Sequence record: SRR20825019_907 | Direction: 5' to 3' (one strand) | DNA: 54,341 nt | Shown: positions 27,368-36,386 of the stretch, piece by piece | Position numbering within the stretch: position 1 is the stretch's first letter | How the letters are laid out: each line of letters starts with the position of its first letter | Notes under the pieces: generated by a model | Told to the model about the DNA's origin: nothing | What the model saw: the letters and a program-made list of their open reading frames with translations, nothing else | Database searches by the model: none | Position numbers and translations under genes: made by a program

Positions 27368-28369
27368 ATGACCGAAGGAAATTTTGTCGATTATGTAAAA
27401 GTTCACATCTCTTCTGGAAACGGGGGCAAGGGTTCTGCACATTTACGTCGCGAAAAATATGTGGCCAAAGGTGGGCCCGATGGTGGTGATGGCGGTCGAG
27501 GCGGTCATGTTATAGTCAAAGGGAACAAAAACTTATGGACACTGGTCCATTTCAAGTTCAAAAAACACTTTAAGGCCGGCCATGGCGAACACGGAAGCAA
27601 AAGCCGAAGTACTGGGGCCGATGGTGAGGATGTATATATGGAAGTGCCATTGGGCACAGTGGTGCGAGATACCGAAACTAACGAGATACTTTTTGAGATT
27701 ACCGAGGACGGCGAAGAGAAAATTGTGCTCGAAGGAGGAATGGGCGGATTGGGAAACTGGCATTTTAAAAGTGCCACCAACCAAACACCCCGGTATGCAC
27801 AACCAGGTATCAAGGGTCAAGAAGGCGACGTTACCTTAGAGCTTAAAGTCTTGGCGGATGTTGGTCTGGTAGGGTTTCCCAATGCCGGAAAATCAACGCT
27901 ACTTTCCGTAATGACTTCCGCCAAACCTAAAATTGCGAATTACGAGTTTACCACCTTAAAACCCAATTTGGGCATTGTGGAATATCGTGATTTTCAAAGT
28001 TTTGTAATGGCTGATATTCCTGGAATTATTGAGGGTGCTGCCGAGGGAAAGGGATTGGGACATTACTTTTTGCGACATATCGAACGTAACGCTACGCTAT
28101 TGTTTTTGATACCTGCCGACAGTAAGGACATCAGCCAAGAGTATAATATTCTTCTGGATGAGTTGAGACGATACAATCCCGAATTGCTGGACAAGGGACG
28201 TTTGGTGGTCATCTCTAAATGCGATATGCTGGACCAAGAGCTTATCACCGAAATGGACGAGGACATGAAAGAAGATTTCAAGGATGTTCCCTACATGTTC
28301 ATATCTTCCGTGAGCGGATTGGGAGTTCAGCAGCTTAAGGATAGACTTTGGAAGCTTTTGAACGAATAA
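27368..28369 (+). CDS. obgE: GTPase ObgE/CgtA
   Basis: [38 protein letters not shown]. Confidence 0.96.
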   Translation: MTEGNFVDYVKVHISSGNGGKGSAHLRREKYVAKGGPDGGDGGRGGHVIVKGNKNLWTLVHFKFKKHFKAGHGEHGSKSRSTGADGEDVYMEVPLGTVVRDTETNEILFEITEDGEEKIVLEGGMGGLGNWHFKSATNQTPRYAQPGIKGQEGDVTLELKVLADVGLVGFPNAGKSTLLSVMTSAKPKIANYEFTTLKPNLGIVEYRDFQSFVMADIPGIIEGAAEGKGLGHYFLRHIERNATLLFLIPADSKDISQEYNILLDELRRYNPELLDKGRLVVISKCDMLDQELITEMDEDMKEDFKDVPYMFISSVSGLGVQQLKDRLWKLLNE

Positions 28370-28432
28370 CCGACAGCTATCTATCCTCTAATCAATATAT
28401 TGATTAATTTTAGGAGAACCCAAATATCCAAT

Positions 28433-28957
28433 ATGCGTTATTTACTTTCCATAGTTTTGATTGTTTTGTTGGCATCCTGTAGCTCTGTCAAGGTAAACTA
28501 TGATTACGATAAAACAGTCGATTTTTCCAGCTATTCTACCTATAACTATTATTCCGATATGCAATCTGGATTGAGTCAGTTGGATGAAAAAAGATTGCTC
28601 AATGCCTTGGATTCTACACTAAAAGCTAGAGGTTATCGATTGGCCGAAGAACCCGAACTCTTCATCAACATCATAAGCAATGAATACAGGAGCGCACCCA
28701 ATAACAATGTAGGTGTTGGTCTTGGCGGTGGTGGTAGAAATGTCGGCGGAGGAATTTCTGTTGGGTTACCATTGGGCGGCCCAAATATGCAGCGCAGTAT
28801 CCAAATCGATTTGGTGGATGCACAGCGTGATGCACTTGTTTGGCAGGCAGTCGCCGAGAGTGGTCTTAGAGAAAATGCATCGCCAAGTGTGCGAGAGGAT
28901 AAACTACGGGCCGTGGTAAAAAAAGTATTCTCAAAATTTCCTCCAAAGGTAAAATAG
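28433..28957 (+). CDS. DUF4136 family lipoprotein
   Basis: LASC lipobox, DYD..VDFSSYSTY, Gly-rich segment, IDLVDA...LVWQ; ATG 28433. Confidence 0.8.
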   Translation: MRYLLSIVLIVLLASCSSVKVNYDYDKTVDFSSYSTYNYYSDMQSGLSQLDEKRLLNALDSTLKARGYRLAEEPELFINIISNEYRSAPNNNVGVGLGGGGRNVGGGISVGLPLGGPNMQRSIQIDLVDAQRDALVWQAVAESGLRENASPSVREDKLRAVVKKVFSKFPPKVK

Positions 28958-28974
28958 TCCTTAAAATTAGTTCT

Positions 28975-29040
28975 TTACCACTATCTTAAACCGGTAGCAA
29001 CTGATTTTACCGTTCAGTTTGTCAAAATTACCACTTGTCA
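28975..29040 (+). promoter_or_regulatory. Candidate LytTR direct-repeat operator
   Basis: TTACCgttc (29007) and TTACCactt (29028) are 21 bp apart; a third TTACCacta lies at 28975; a LytTR regulator is encoded downstream. Confidence 0.6.
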
Positions 29041-29110
29041 TAAATCACTTCATCAAGCAAGGGTTGTCCTATACTTTAGCTTTAGAAATAAATTCTAAAA
29101 CCGAACAGTT

Positions 29111-29164
29111 ATGATAGCACTAGCCAAATTAATCATTTCAATTTTAGTAAGTATTATTTTATAA
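29111..29164 (+). CDS. Putative 17-aa hydrophobic micropeptide MIALAKLIISILVSIIL
   Basis: ATG...TAA read by hand; first ORF after the operator and promoter; A-rich upstream context. Confidence 0.4.
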   Translation: MIALAKLIISILVSIIL

Positions 29165-29191
29165 TCTGCCAGCGTTGCAAAATTTATTAAT

Positions 29192-29401
29192 ATGAAAAAG
29201 CTTAAAACAATTCAGAAAGTAGTTTTGGCCATGGGAATAATTGGCGTGTCCATAGGGATATTTGGAAGATATCAAACATGGGAGTATATGGAGTACTTTC
29301 CATTTTTCTATTCGGGAATAACCATGATGTGGGTTGCCTTTTTACCACAGAAAAAATCTTGCAGCAATCCGTTTAAAAGAAAAGCCGCACAAAAATCTTA
29401 G
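29192..29401 (+). CDS. Small two-TM membrane protein (69 aa)
   Basis: Two hydrophobic helices, basic termini, AT-rich start context. Confidence 0.7.
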   Translation: MKKLKTIQKVVLAMGIIGVSIGIFGRYQTWEYMEYFPFFYSGITMMWVAFLPQKKSCSNPFKRKAAQKS

Positions 29402-29428
29402 TAGCACCAATACTGAATTGGTTTAATG

Positions 29429-29436
29429 TAAATTTG
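29429..29436 (+). promoter_or_regulatory. -7 promoter element for the kinase/regulator pair
   Basis: TAAATTTG, 20 nt before the kinase ATG. Confidence 0.5.
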
Positions 29437-29456
29437 GGCAAACGTGGCTCAAAGGA

Positions 29457-30515
29457 ATGGAATTAAGTAGTAGAAAGAGAAATATTGCATTTTGGACGCT
29501 CCAATTATTGGGGTGGGGGTTTATCAATGCCATTGCAGCTTTGATTCCTCAAAAAATTAGTTTGGAGATGACCATTTTCTCCGTGGTTGTTGGAATTTTT
29601 ATAGGCGTATTTTCGACCTCCATCTTACGTTGGTACCTTAAGAGAAATGTTCATTTTGATTCCTTTGGTGGAAAAGAGGTCCTGAAAATTATTGTATCCA
29701 TATTACTGGCTTCAACGATTTTCGGACTTTTAAATGTCTTTTTTGGATATATCTACATAAAATTTGGCCCAGAAATTACCGAGGCAGAAATGCAGATGTT
29801 CGAGGGTTATGACAAAGTCATGGTCCAAGTATTGAATTCGCTTTTTTTGGTCGGAGCATGGACCTTCACCTATTTGGTGATTAAATTGCTTTTGAAATTG
29901 AATCAGGACAGAATTGAAAGGCTGGAACTGAACACCACCTTAAAGCAGGCCCAATTAAACACCTTAAAGGGACAAATAAATCCACATTTTATGTTCAATA
30001 GTCTCAACAACATTAGAGGTCTCATGCTGGAAGATGTGGAAAAATCAAGGGAAATGCTTACCAAGCTCTCCGAAATTATTCGCTATTCCCTTACCAAAAA
30101 CAATATCAATGATATTCCAGTACGGGAGGAGTTGGAAGTAGTGGACAACTATATCGACCTTTCTAAAATACAGTTCGAAGATCGTTTGGAGTTTGTGAAA
30201 CAAGTAGGGGCGGATACCTTGGATCTTAGAATTCCGCCGATGATCATTCAATTACTCATAGAAAATGCAACCAAGCATGGTATTTCCAATCTTAAAAATG
30301 GAGGAAGGATTCTCTTGGATATATCCAGGAAAGAAGATGATTTGATGATAGAAGTAAGGAATACAGGAAAACTCAATATTGCCAAAGACTCCACCAAATT
30401 AGGTTTGATAAACATAGAACAGCGCTTGAAGCTATTGTATGCTGGCAAAGCATCTTTTAAATTAGAGGAGATATCTGATGAGGTAGTGGCTGAAATCAAA
30501 ATACCATTGGCATGA
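29457..30515 (+). CDS. LytS/YehU-type membrane sensor histidine kinase
   Basis: 4 TM; LKGQINPHFMFNSLNNI H-box; IENATKHG; GLINIEQRL. Confidence 0.93.
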   Translation: MELSSRKRNIAFWTLQLLGWGFINAIAALIPQKISLEMTIFSVVVGIFIGVFSTSILRWYLKRNVHFDSFGGKEVLKIIVSILLASTIFGLLNVFFGYIYIKFGPEITEAEMQMFEGYDKVMVQVLNSLFLVGAWTFTYLVIKLLLKLNQDRIERLELNTTLKQAQLNTLKGQINPHFMFNSLNNIRGLMLEDVEKSREMLTKLSEIIRYSLTKNNINDIPVREELEVVDNYIDLSKIQFEDRLEFVKQVGADTLDLRIPPMIIQLLIENATKHGISNLKNGGRILLDISRKEDDLMIEVRNTGKLNIAKDSTKLGLINIEQRLKLLYAGKASFKLEEISDEVVAEIKIPLA

Positions 30516-31237
30516 AGATCAGGGCGGTAATAGTTGAAGATTCTCGATTGGCAAGGAACGAGCTCAAGGAACTCATTAAGCTACATGATGATTTGGAGCT
30601 TATTGGCGAAGCAAGTAATGTAGATGATGGTGTTGAATTAATTGGGTCCGAATCCCCTGATTTGTTGTTCCTTGATATCAATATGCCGGAAAAGGATGGT
30701 TTCGATCTATTGGAAATGTTGGATGAGGTGCCGATTATCATCTTTACTACAGCTTACGACGAATATGCCATAAAATCCTTTGAGTACAATGCATTGGATT
30801 ATCTATTAAAACCGGTCAGCAACAAACGTTTTGATATGGCCATTGAGAAAGTCCGTGCAAAAATGGTTGACAGGCAAGTAGATAGTCCCGCCATCAAAAA
30901 GTTGACAGAGGGCAGTCAGATTTTCATAAAAGATGGAGAGGACTGTTGGTTGGTGAAAATAGGGGATATATCACTCTTCGAAATTGTCGGGAACTACACG
31001 CGGGTATTCTTCGAGGATAAAAAGCCCATGCTCTACAAATCGCTTAACCAAGTGGAAGAAAAGTTGCCCGAAGATTCATTTTTTAGGGCAAACCGTCAGC
31101 AAATCATTAATACCAACTATATTGAAAATGTAGTTCCATGGTTTAATGGAAAGCTTAAGCTCACCATGAAAAATGGTGAGGAAGTGGAGGTTTCCCGCAG
31201 GCAATCCTATATTTTCAAGGATAAAATGAGTTTATAA
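30512..31237 (+). CDS. LytTR family response regulator
   Basis: Receiver FLDINMP, FTTAYD, DYLLKP; LytTR FFRANRQQIIN...VSRR. Confidence 0.94.
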   Translation: MKIRAVIVEDSRLARNELKELIKLHDDLELIGEASNVDDGVELIGSESPDLLFLDINMPEKDGFDLLEMLDEVPIIIFTTAYDEYAIKSFEYNALDYLLKPVSNKRFDMAIEKVRAKMVDRQVDSPAIKKLTEGSQIFIKDGEDCWLVKIGDISLFEIVGNYTRVFFEDKKPMLYKSLNQVEEKLPEDSFFRANRQQIINTNYIENVVPWFNGKLKLTMKNGEEVEVSRRQSYIFKDKMSL

Positions 31238-31267
31238 AAAACCTCCAATTCAATTGGAGGTTTTTTT
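31236..31267. terminator. Bidirectional terminator between lytTR and doxX
   Basis: aaaaaacctccaatt-c-aattggaggttttttt. Confidence 0.85.
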
Positions 31268-31268
31268 G

Positions 31269-31646
31269 TTAAGGTCTTAAAATGTCCTTGTATCGGTCTT
31301 TATAGCCGACAAGCACAACAATGTTGAGAATCAGTAGTGCCAGTGCAGGGGCAATGGACTCCATCGCCATGGTTAGGTGGAACAGGACAGCACATACCGA
31401 TACGCTCATCAATATGATAGCCATTAAAGCTCCATATTTGTTCAAAATGAAGGAAATGCCTGCCAACACCTCTACCAATCCAACCAATATTAGAGTTTTG
31501 GACATTGTCAACCCTGTAAAATAGGTCATCATACCTTCTGGCATTTCTTCGGGAGCCGGAAGGAATGGATAGAGTTTGTTGGCCCCAAAAATGATGACGA
31601 ACAACCCCAATAGGATACGGATCACCATAAAAACTTTTGAATTCAT
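31269..31646 (-). CDS. DoxX family membrane protein
   Basis: RILLGLF..FGANK, VEVLAG, LFHL; 4 TM. Confidence 0.85.
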   Translation of the reverse strand: MNSKVFMVIRILLGLFVIIFGANKLYPFLPAPEEMPEGMMTYFTGLTMSKTLILVGLVEVLAGISFILNKYGALMAIILMSVSVCAVLFHLTMAMESIAPALALLILNIVVLVGYKDRYKDILRP

Positions 31647-31740
31647 AAGTATAAATTTTATTGGTTACACATTAAAAGTATTCAAAAATTGAATATGTGA
31701 TAATTTTATGATAAGATTTAATTTGTTGGGAGCCAGTTTT

Positions 31741-32526
31741 TTAAAGTGATTTCAACAAGCCCCCGTCAATAGGAATATTAGTTCCAGTGATGAAAGCAGC
31801 TTGGTCCGAAGCCAAAAATGCAACCAAGTATCCATATTCTTTGGGATCTCCAATTCTTTTTACAGGAACCTGTTCTTCCATATTGGAACGAACCTCTTCT
31901 GGAGAAATTCCTAACTTTTCAGCTTTTTTGGAATTCAATTGGGCAATGCGGTCCGTATCAAAGTAACCTGTTAGCGTACTGTTCACGGTAATCCCATCTT
32001 TGGCCACATCATAAGCCAAACTTTTGGCCCAAGTGACCACCGCAGCTCGAATAGTGTTCGAAAGAGCCAAATAGTTCAATGGTTCCTTTACCGAAATAGA
32101 CGCTATGTTAATGATGCGGCCCCATTTGTTTTCCTGCATATATTTTAGGGCAAGTTCCGTAGTGTAAACAACAGATTTGAAAAGCAGGTCAAATGCATTT
32201 TGATAATCTTCAACATTTTTTTCCAATGCGCCGCCGCCTTCGGGACCTTGGGTATTGTTAACCAAAATGTCTACAGAATTGGTTTCAAAGAACCCGGATA
32301 TTGTTTTCTTATAGTTTTTGAAATTGGAAAAATCCACGGATAGGAACTGGTGTTTTTGCCCATGTGAAGTGTCCAATTCGCTAATAATATCTTTCATACG
32401 TCCCTCGCTTCGGGCCATCAACGTAACGCTGGCGCCGCTTTCGGCCAATTGCCGAGCGATAGCTTCACCGATTCCTTTACTGCTGCCGCCGACCAAGGCA
32501 TTCTTTCCTTTGAGAGATATGTTCAT
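31741..32526 (-). CDS. SDR family oxidoreductase
   Basis: GGSSKGIG, DILVNN, SNTIR (atypical YxxxK position), IPIDGG. Confidence 0.88.
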   Translation of the reverse strand: MNISLKGKNALVGGSSKGIGEAIARQLAESGASVTLMARSEGRMKDIISELDTSHGQKHQFLSVDFSNFKNYKKTISGFFETNSVDILVNNTQGPEGGGALEKNVEDYQNAFDLLFKSVVYTTELALKYMQENKWGRIINIASISVKEPLNYLALSNTIRAAVVTWAKSLAYDVAKDGITVNSTLTGYFDTDRIAQLNSKKAEKLGISPEEVRSNMEEQVPVKRIGDPKEYGYLVAFLASDQAAFITGTNIPIDGGLLKSL

Positions 32527-32528
32527 GA

Positions 32529-32840
32529 CTATCGGTATTCTTCTCTAACCGGACTAAAAATGTCCATTAATTTGCAGGCCGTCAATGCCCTACCACTATG
32601 TGGGGCATTGGATGGAATAACCACAACGTCCCCAGCAGTGTAAGTTCCTTTTTCGCCATTCAAGGTAAATTCAAAAGTACCGTCCACCACGTGCATAATT
32701 TGTTCATGGTCGTGCTGGTGCTCGGGCACTTCGGCATTTGGTTCTACATCCCAAAACACCCAGCTCATCCGTTCTCCGTGTACCAATTTACCATGGTAGC
32801 CAGGCATAATTTCTTTTGATTTTATTTCTGATAAATTCAT
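32529..32840 (-). CDS. Cupin domain protein
   Basis: PEHQHDHEQ...G and IPSNAPH, DIFSPVREEY; ATG 32840. Confidence 0.87.
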   Translation of the reverse strand: MNLSEIKSKEIMPGYHGKLVHGERMSWVFWDVEPNAEVPEHQHDHEQIMHVVDGTFEFTLNGEKGTYTAGDVVVIPSNAPHSGRALTACKLMDIFSPVREEYR

Positions 32841-32936
32841 AGTTCTCAAATTTACCACCAAGATAGGCATTAATCTAGGGTTTCGGAATTTGTATTGGCA
32901 CCGGCATTGGCTATTTTTGAAACCTAAATTGAATCA

Positions 32937-33830
32937 ATGCAGGTACATTTTATAGGTTTGGGCGAGGTAGAAATGTTTAATGTGGCCTTAGCTCTTCATA
33001 AGAAGGGAGATACGGTAACCGGAAGTGATGAACTTTTTGATGAATCGTTGAAGGTCGTTATGCGAGACCAAGGATTGATGTTGGATGAGATAGGTTGGTT
33101 TTCAAATAGGGTCAATTCACAATTGGATTTCGTTGTTTTAGGTGCTAATGTTACAAGCGACAACCCGGAATTGGAAAAGGCCAAGGAACTAGGTTTGCGA
33201 TTGGTTTCTTACCCTGCATTCCTATACGAGCTGGTTAAATTGAAAACACGTGTTGTGATAGCCGGCAGCCAGAGAAGATCCGAGGTCGTTTCAATGATTT
33301 TACATGTATTGGACTATAACAATATTGAGGTCGATTATGTGCTTTCTTCTCCAAATGGAATCCATTTAACCGAAGAAAATGATTTTATTGTCATCGAAGG
33401 TGGTGATGGGCCATCATCTGTTATTGACGTTGCACCACAGTTTCACAACTATCAGCCAAATATTGCTTTATTGACCGATATTGAGTTTAAAGAAGGAAGT
33501 TTTTATTCCGATTTTGAAACCTATGCGGAACAATACGGGATTTTTGTAAATAGTATTGTAAAGGGAGGGAGTATTACCTATAATGATGAAGATGTCGAAG
33601 TAAAAAGAAGAGTGGAGTCATCGGAAAACCCTATAAGAAAGTTCCCTTACGTAACCCCTGCGTATCAACAAAATGGCGGACAAATATTTTTGGATACGCC
33701 AGATGGGGAAATGCCATTGGAAATATCCGATGAAACAGCTTTGAGCAATTTGGCGGGAGCCAAATGGGTTTGCCAACAAATGGGAGTGGACGAAGTGGAG
33801 TTTTATGAGGCGATGGCCACTTACAAATAG
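32937..33830 (+). CDS. Truncated, degenerate Mpl/MurC-family Mur-ligase-like protein
   Basis: VHFIGLG...VTGSD, DNPELEKA...SYP, RVVIAGS, IEG, F..YQPNIALLT; P-loop GKTT replaced by RRSE; ends before the C-terminal domain. Confidence 0.75.
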   Translation: MQVHFIGLGEVEMFNVALALHKKGDTVTGSDELFDESLKVVMRDQGLMLDEIGWFSNRVNSQLDFVVLGANVTSDNPELEKAKELGLRLVSYPAFLYELVKLKTRVVIAGSQRRSEVVSMILHVLDYNNIEVDYVLSSPNGIHLTEENDFIVIEGGDGPSSVIDVAPQFHNYQPNIALLTDIEFKEGSFYSDFETYAEQYGIFVNSIVKGGSITYNDEDVEVKRRVESSENPIRKFPYVTPAYQQNGGQIFLDTPDGEMPLEISDETALSNLAGAKWVCQQMGVDEVEFYEAMATYK

Positions 33831-33840
33831 TCTGTATGCT

Positions 33841-35484
33841 TCAAAAGTTTGGATTCAGTGCTGAGATTTCTTTTTTTATTCGTGTAGCAACTTTGAATTT
33901 CCCTAATTTTTTGTTGATGTCAATAAGTTGGGCATAAGGAAGTAACCAATGCTTTAATTCATAGCTTTTTTCGAAACAATCACGAGCTTTTTGGAGTTTT
34001 CCTAGGCCTAAAAAACATTGGCCTTTTGCGAAGAGGAGCCACTCCTTATTTTGTTTTGATCGTAAAAGGGCACTATATTTCTTCAAGCACCGATAGGCAA
34101 AGGCGTAAGCGTCGATGTTTATGAGATTTTCCACGATCTTTTCGTATGGTACGGTCTCTGGGTTTGCTTTTAGATCAATGAGTTTATTTAGATGCTCCAG
34201 AGCTATTGAGGTTTTTTTAAGGACGGCATTCGCATATATCAGGATTAAGTAGATATCCTGCAAATAATCTTCAAATTCTTCATCTTCTTGGTATTTGGTT
34301 GTACTCAGAATAAGTTCTCCCCAATATGCCGCTATTTCGTAATCTTTGTGTGTATGGTGTATTTCCTCCAAAAATAAAACAGCTTCATCCACAGAGTCTA
34401 CCATTTCCAATACTGCTTTGTGGCTTTTTGATTTAAGGAGACAAAGGCACATCGGTCTAAGGTATGGACTCTCCAGTTCATCGCTAGGGTATACAGGGTC
34501 TTTCAAAGCCATAGCTGCTTCAAAACAATTCAATGCCCTTTGATGATTACCTAATTCAAAAAAAGCTTTGCCTTGCTGACATAAATTTTTTTTTCTTCCA
34601 GCCTCATCAAGATTTGGCAGTGATTGTACCAAAAAATGTAGAGCAATCTGAATATCTTTATAGTGTACATCATTCAAGAAATAGTCAATGCTTTGCTCTA
34701 CGATTTCTCTATGAATATTTTGTTCCAATATCCTTTTCAATAAGATTTTGACCGGGCTTTTATCCTTTAAATTATTGAATTGGCGGACAAAGTCCATCAA
34801 TTCTTCAACATTCTTGGGTAGAAAAGAGTGGATTTTCTCATCGGCATAAAGTTCCTGCATAGTTTGGTTATTTTTGTATGCGGTTAAAATGGCCTGGTCT
34901 AACCAATATTTAAACCAATCTCCAAAAGAGTTGGCGACCCATTTAAAGCCTTCTTCGCTCACCAAACGGTTGAGCCATATTTCACCTTTGTTTGTTCCTT
35001 TTACAACCAGAAAATAATATGTTCCACAGCCATTGTCGGCAATTGGGAGTTGTCCATGGTCAGCACCTTGAAGTAGATGGTCCACTTGCAAATTATCTTT
35101 TAGACGAGCTTTGTTGATTTTATCGCCGTACGTGTCATAGGTGTCTTTTGTAGGGTCAAAAAGAATCAATTCGTTGTACTCCAAAGGGTTTATCCAAGGT
35201 AAATGTAATTTGGGGTGTATATTTTTAATGTTAAGGGGCAAAATCCCATTTCCTGGACCAACACCCCCGTTGCAAATGCTCAACAAAAAATTACGATATG
35301 TTTTTGGTAGTTCAATACGATGCTTTTTTTCAAAAGCTGTAATATCTGTTTCAGAAAATGGAAGGTATAGATGCTTTTTAAAGTGTTTGCCTTCGTTCAA
35401 GAACCTGTGGTCCAAATCCCAAAGCTTTTCTAGTTTTTTCTTGATATGATTCACCTTACTATATGTTGTTTTGAAATATTTCAA
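33841..35484 (-). CDS. SMI1/KNR4 (SUKH) domain protein with C-terminal TPR-like repeats
   Basis: FEKKHRIELPKTYRNFL...NGG.GPG, PIADNGCG...LVVKGTNKGEIW, SFGDWF; helical repeats such as GKAFFELGNHQRALNCFEAA and GQCFLGLGKLQKARDCFEKS; TTG start uncertain. Confidence 0.8.
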   Translation of the reverse strand: MKYFKTTYSKVNHIKKKLEKLWDLDHRFLNEGKHFKKHLYLPFSETDITAFEKKHRIELPKTYRNFLLSICNGGVGPGNGILPLNIKNIHPKLHLPWINPLEYNELILFDPTKDTYDTYGDKINKARLKDNLQVDHLLQGADHGQLPIADNGCGTYYFLVVKGTNKGEIWLNRLVSEEGFKWVANSFGDWFKYWLDQAILTAYKNNQTMQELYADEKIHSFLPKNVEELMDFVRQFNNLKDKSPVKILLKRILEQNIHREIVEQSIDYFLNDVHYKDIQIALHFLVQSLPNLDEAGRKKNLCQQGKAFFELGNHQRALNCFEAAMALKDPVYPSDELESPYLRPMCLCLLKSKSHKAVLEMVDSVDEAVLFLEEIHHTHKDYEIAAYWGELILSTTKYQEDEEFEDYLQDIYLILIYANAVLKKTSIALEHLNKLIDLKANPETVPYEKIVENLINIDAYAFAYRCLKKYSALLRSKQNKEWLLFAKGQCFLGLGKLQKARDCFEKSYELKHWLLPYAQLIDINKKLGKFKVATRIKKEISALNPNF

Positions 35485-35580
35485 GCTAAATATATGCAGT
35501 GCGCCAATGAGATTTTAAACAGATTGACGAATGCCCGTTTTGAATTGACGGAGAGGATGAAATCGATAAAGAAGAGGTGG

Positions 35581-35609
35581 TTTATGAGGCGATCGCTACA
35601 TTTAAGTAG
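35581..35609 (+). repeat. Diverged duplicate of the last 29 nt of the Mpl-like gene (33802-33830)
   Basis: tttatgaggcgatcgctacatttaagtag vs tttatgaggcgatggccacttacaaatag: 23/29 identical by hand; encode YEAIATFK* vs YEAMATYK*. Confidence 0.8.
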
Positions 35610-35693
35610 CTTCAAATCCAACATTTAAAAGGATTGGAAAATGTAATTTTGTCAGTTACGGGTTAAAGGAATGGTAATTGATTGATATTCTGA

Positions 35694-35867
35694 ATGAAAC
35701 GGCTCCTTCACAATATCTCATTTTACTTAAGACGATTTGTGTCTGTTTCGTTTTTTGCATTTATGTTGGGTATATCCAACGTTTTTCTACAAGAAGACCG
35801 AATGATAAATGATTCAAGGAAAAAAGTAGAACAGCACGAGGTTCAGGATGAAGACGATTCACTCTGA
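35694..35867 (+). CDS. Small 57-aa protein below the ORF-track cutoff
   Basis: MKRLLHNISFYLRRFVSVSFFAFMLGISNVFLQEDRMINDSRKKVEQHEVQDEDDSL*; TAATTTTG -7 element at 35644-35651; fills the gap before the convergent gene. Confidence 0.65.
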   Translation: MKRLLHNISFYLRRFVSVSFFAFMLGISNVFLQEDRMINDSRKKVEQHEVQDEDDSL

Positions 35868-35880
35868 CTATCTCCCTACA

Positions 35881-36333
35881 TCAAACATTGAATTGCCTTA
35901 AATGGTGGTCCAAGTGCTTATATTGCATTTGTCCCCATTGTTCGGGTGTAAAAGACCCAAAAACTGGGTGTGGGTCCCACTCTTTTTTATCTTTTTCATT
36001 ATGAAAATCGTTCACCAGGCCAAGTAAGATATCCTTTTCTTTTGTAAAATCTTTGTCCTCCACAACCTTCAAACCTTTGGCAGTGGGCAAACCTTGGCGC
36101 CATGGTTTATCGTTGTACAAGCTTTTTTTAAAAAATTTCCCCACAAGTTTGAGCATAAAATTGGCATTGCCATCCGATTTGTGCCGTTTCAAGGATATTT
36201 TTAATGGAAATTGGCAATGGTGAAGCATTTGGCCAACTTTCATTTTGCCCCATTGCCTTTCCGAAGATTCTGAAAGTTGATGGATACGTGCAATAATTTC
36301 TTCGTGCGCCTCAGTATTGAAAAGGGATTTCAT
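35881..36333 (-). CDS. DUF1569 / DinB-like protein
   Basis: WGKMKVGQMLHHC, HPVFG, KHLDHHLRQF. Confidence 0.85.
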   Translation of the reverse strand: MKSLFNTEAHEEIIARIHQLSESSERQWGKMKVGQMLHHCQFPLKISLKRHKSDGNANFMLKLVGKFFKKSLYNDKPWRQGLPTAKGLKVVEDKDFTKEKDILLGLVNDFHNEKDKKEWDPHPVFGSFTPEQWGQMQYKHLDHHLRQFNV

Positions 36334-36386
36334 TATGAAGGATTTATATTGAAAATTACATAAAATTATTCTCCTATCTTTAGCGC

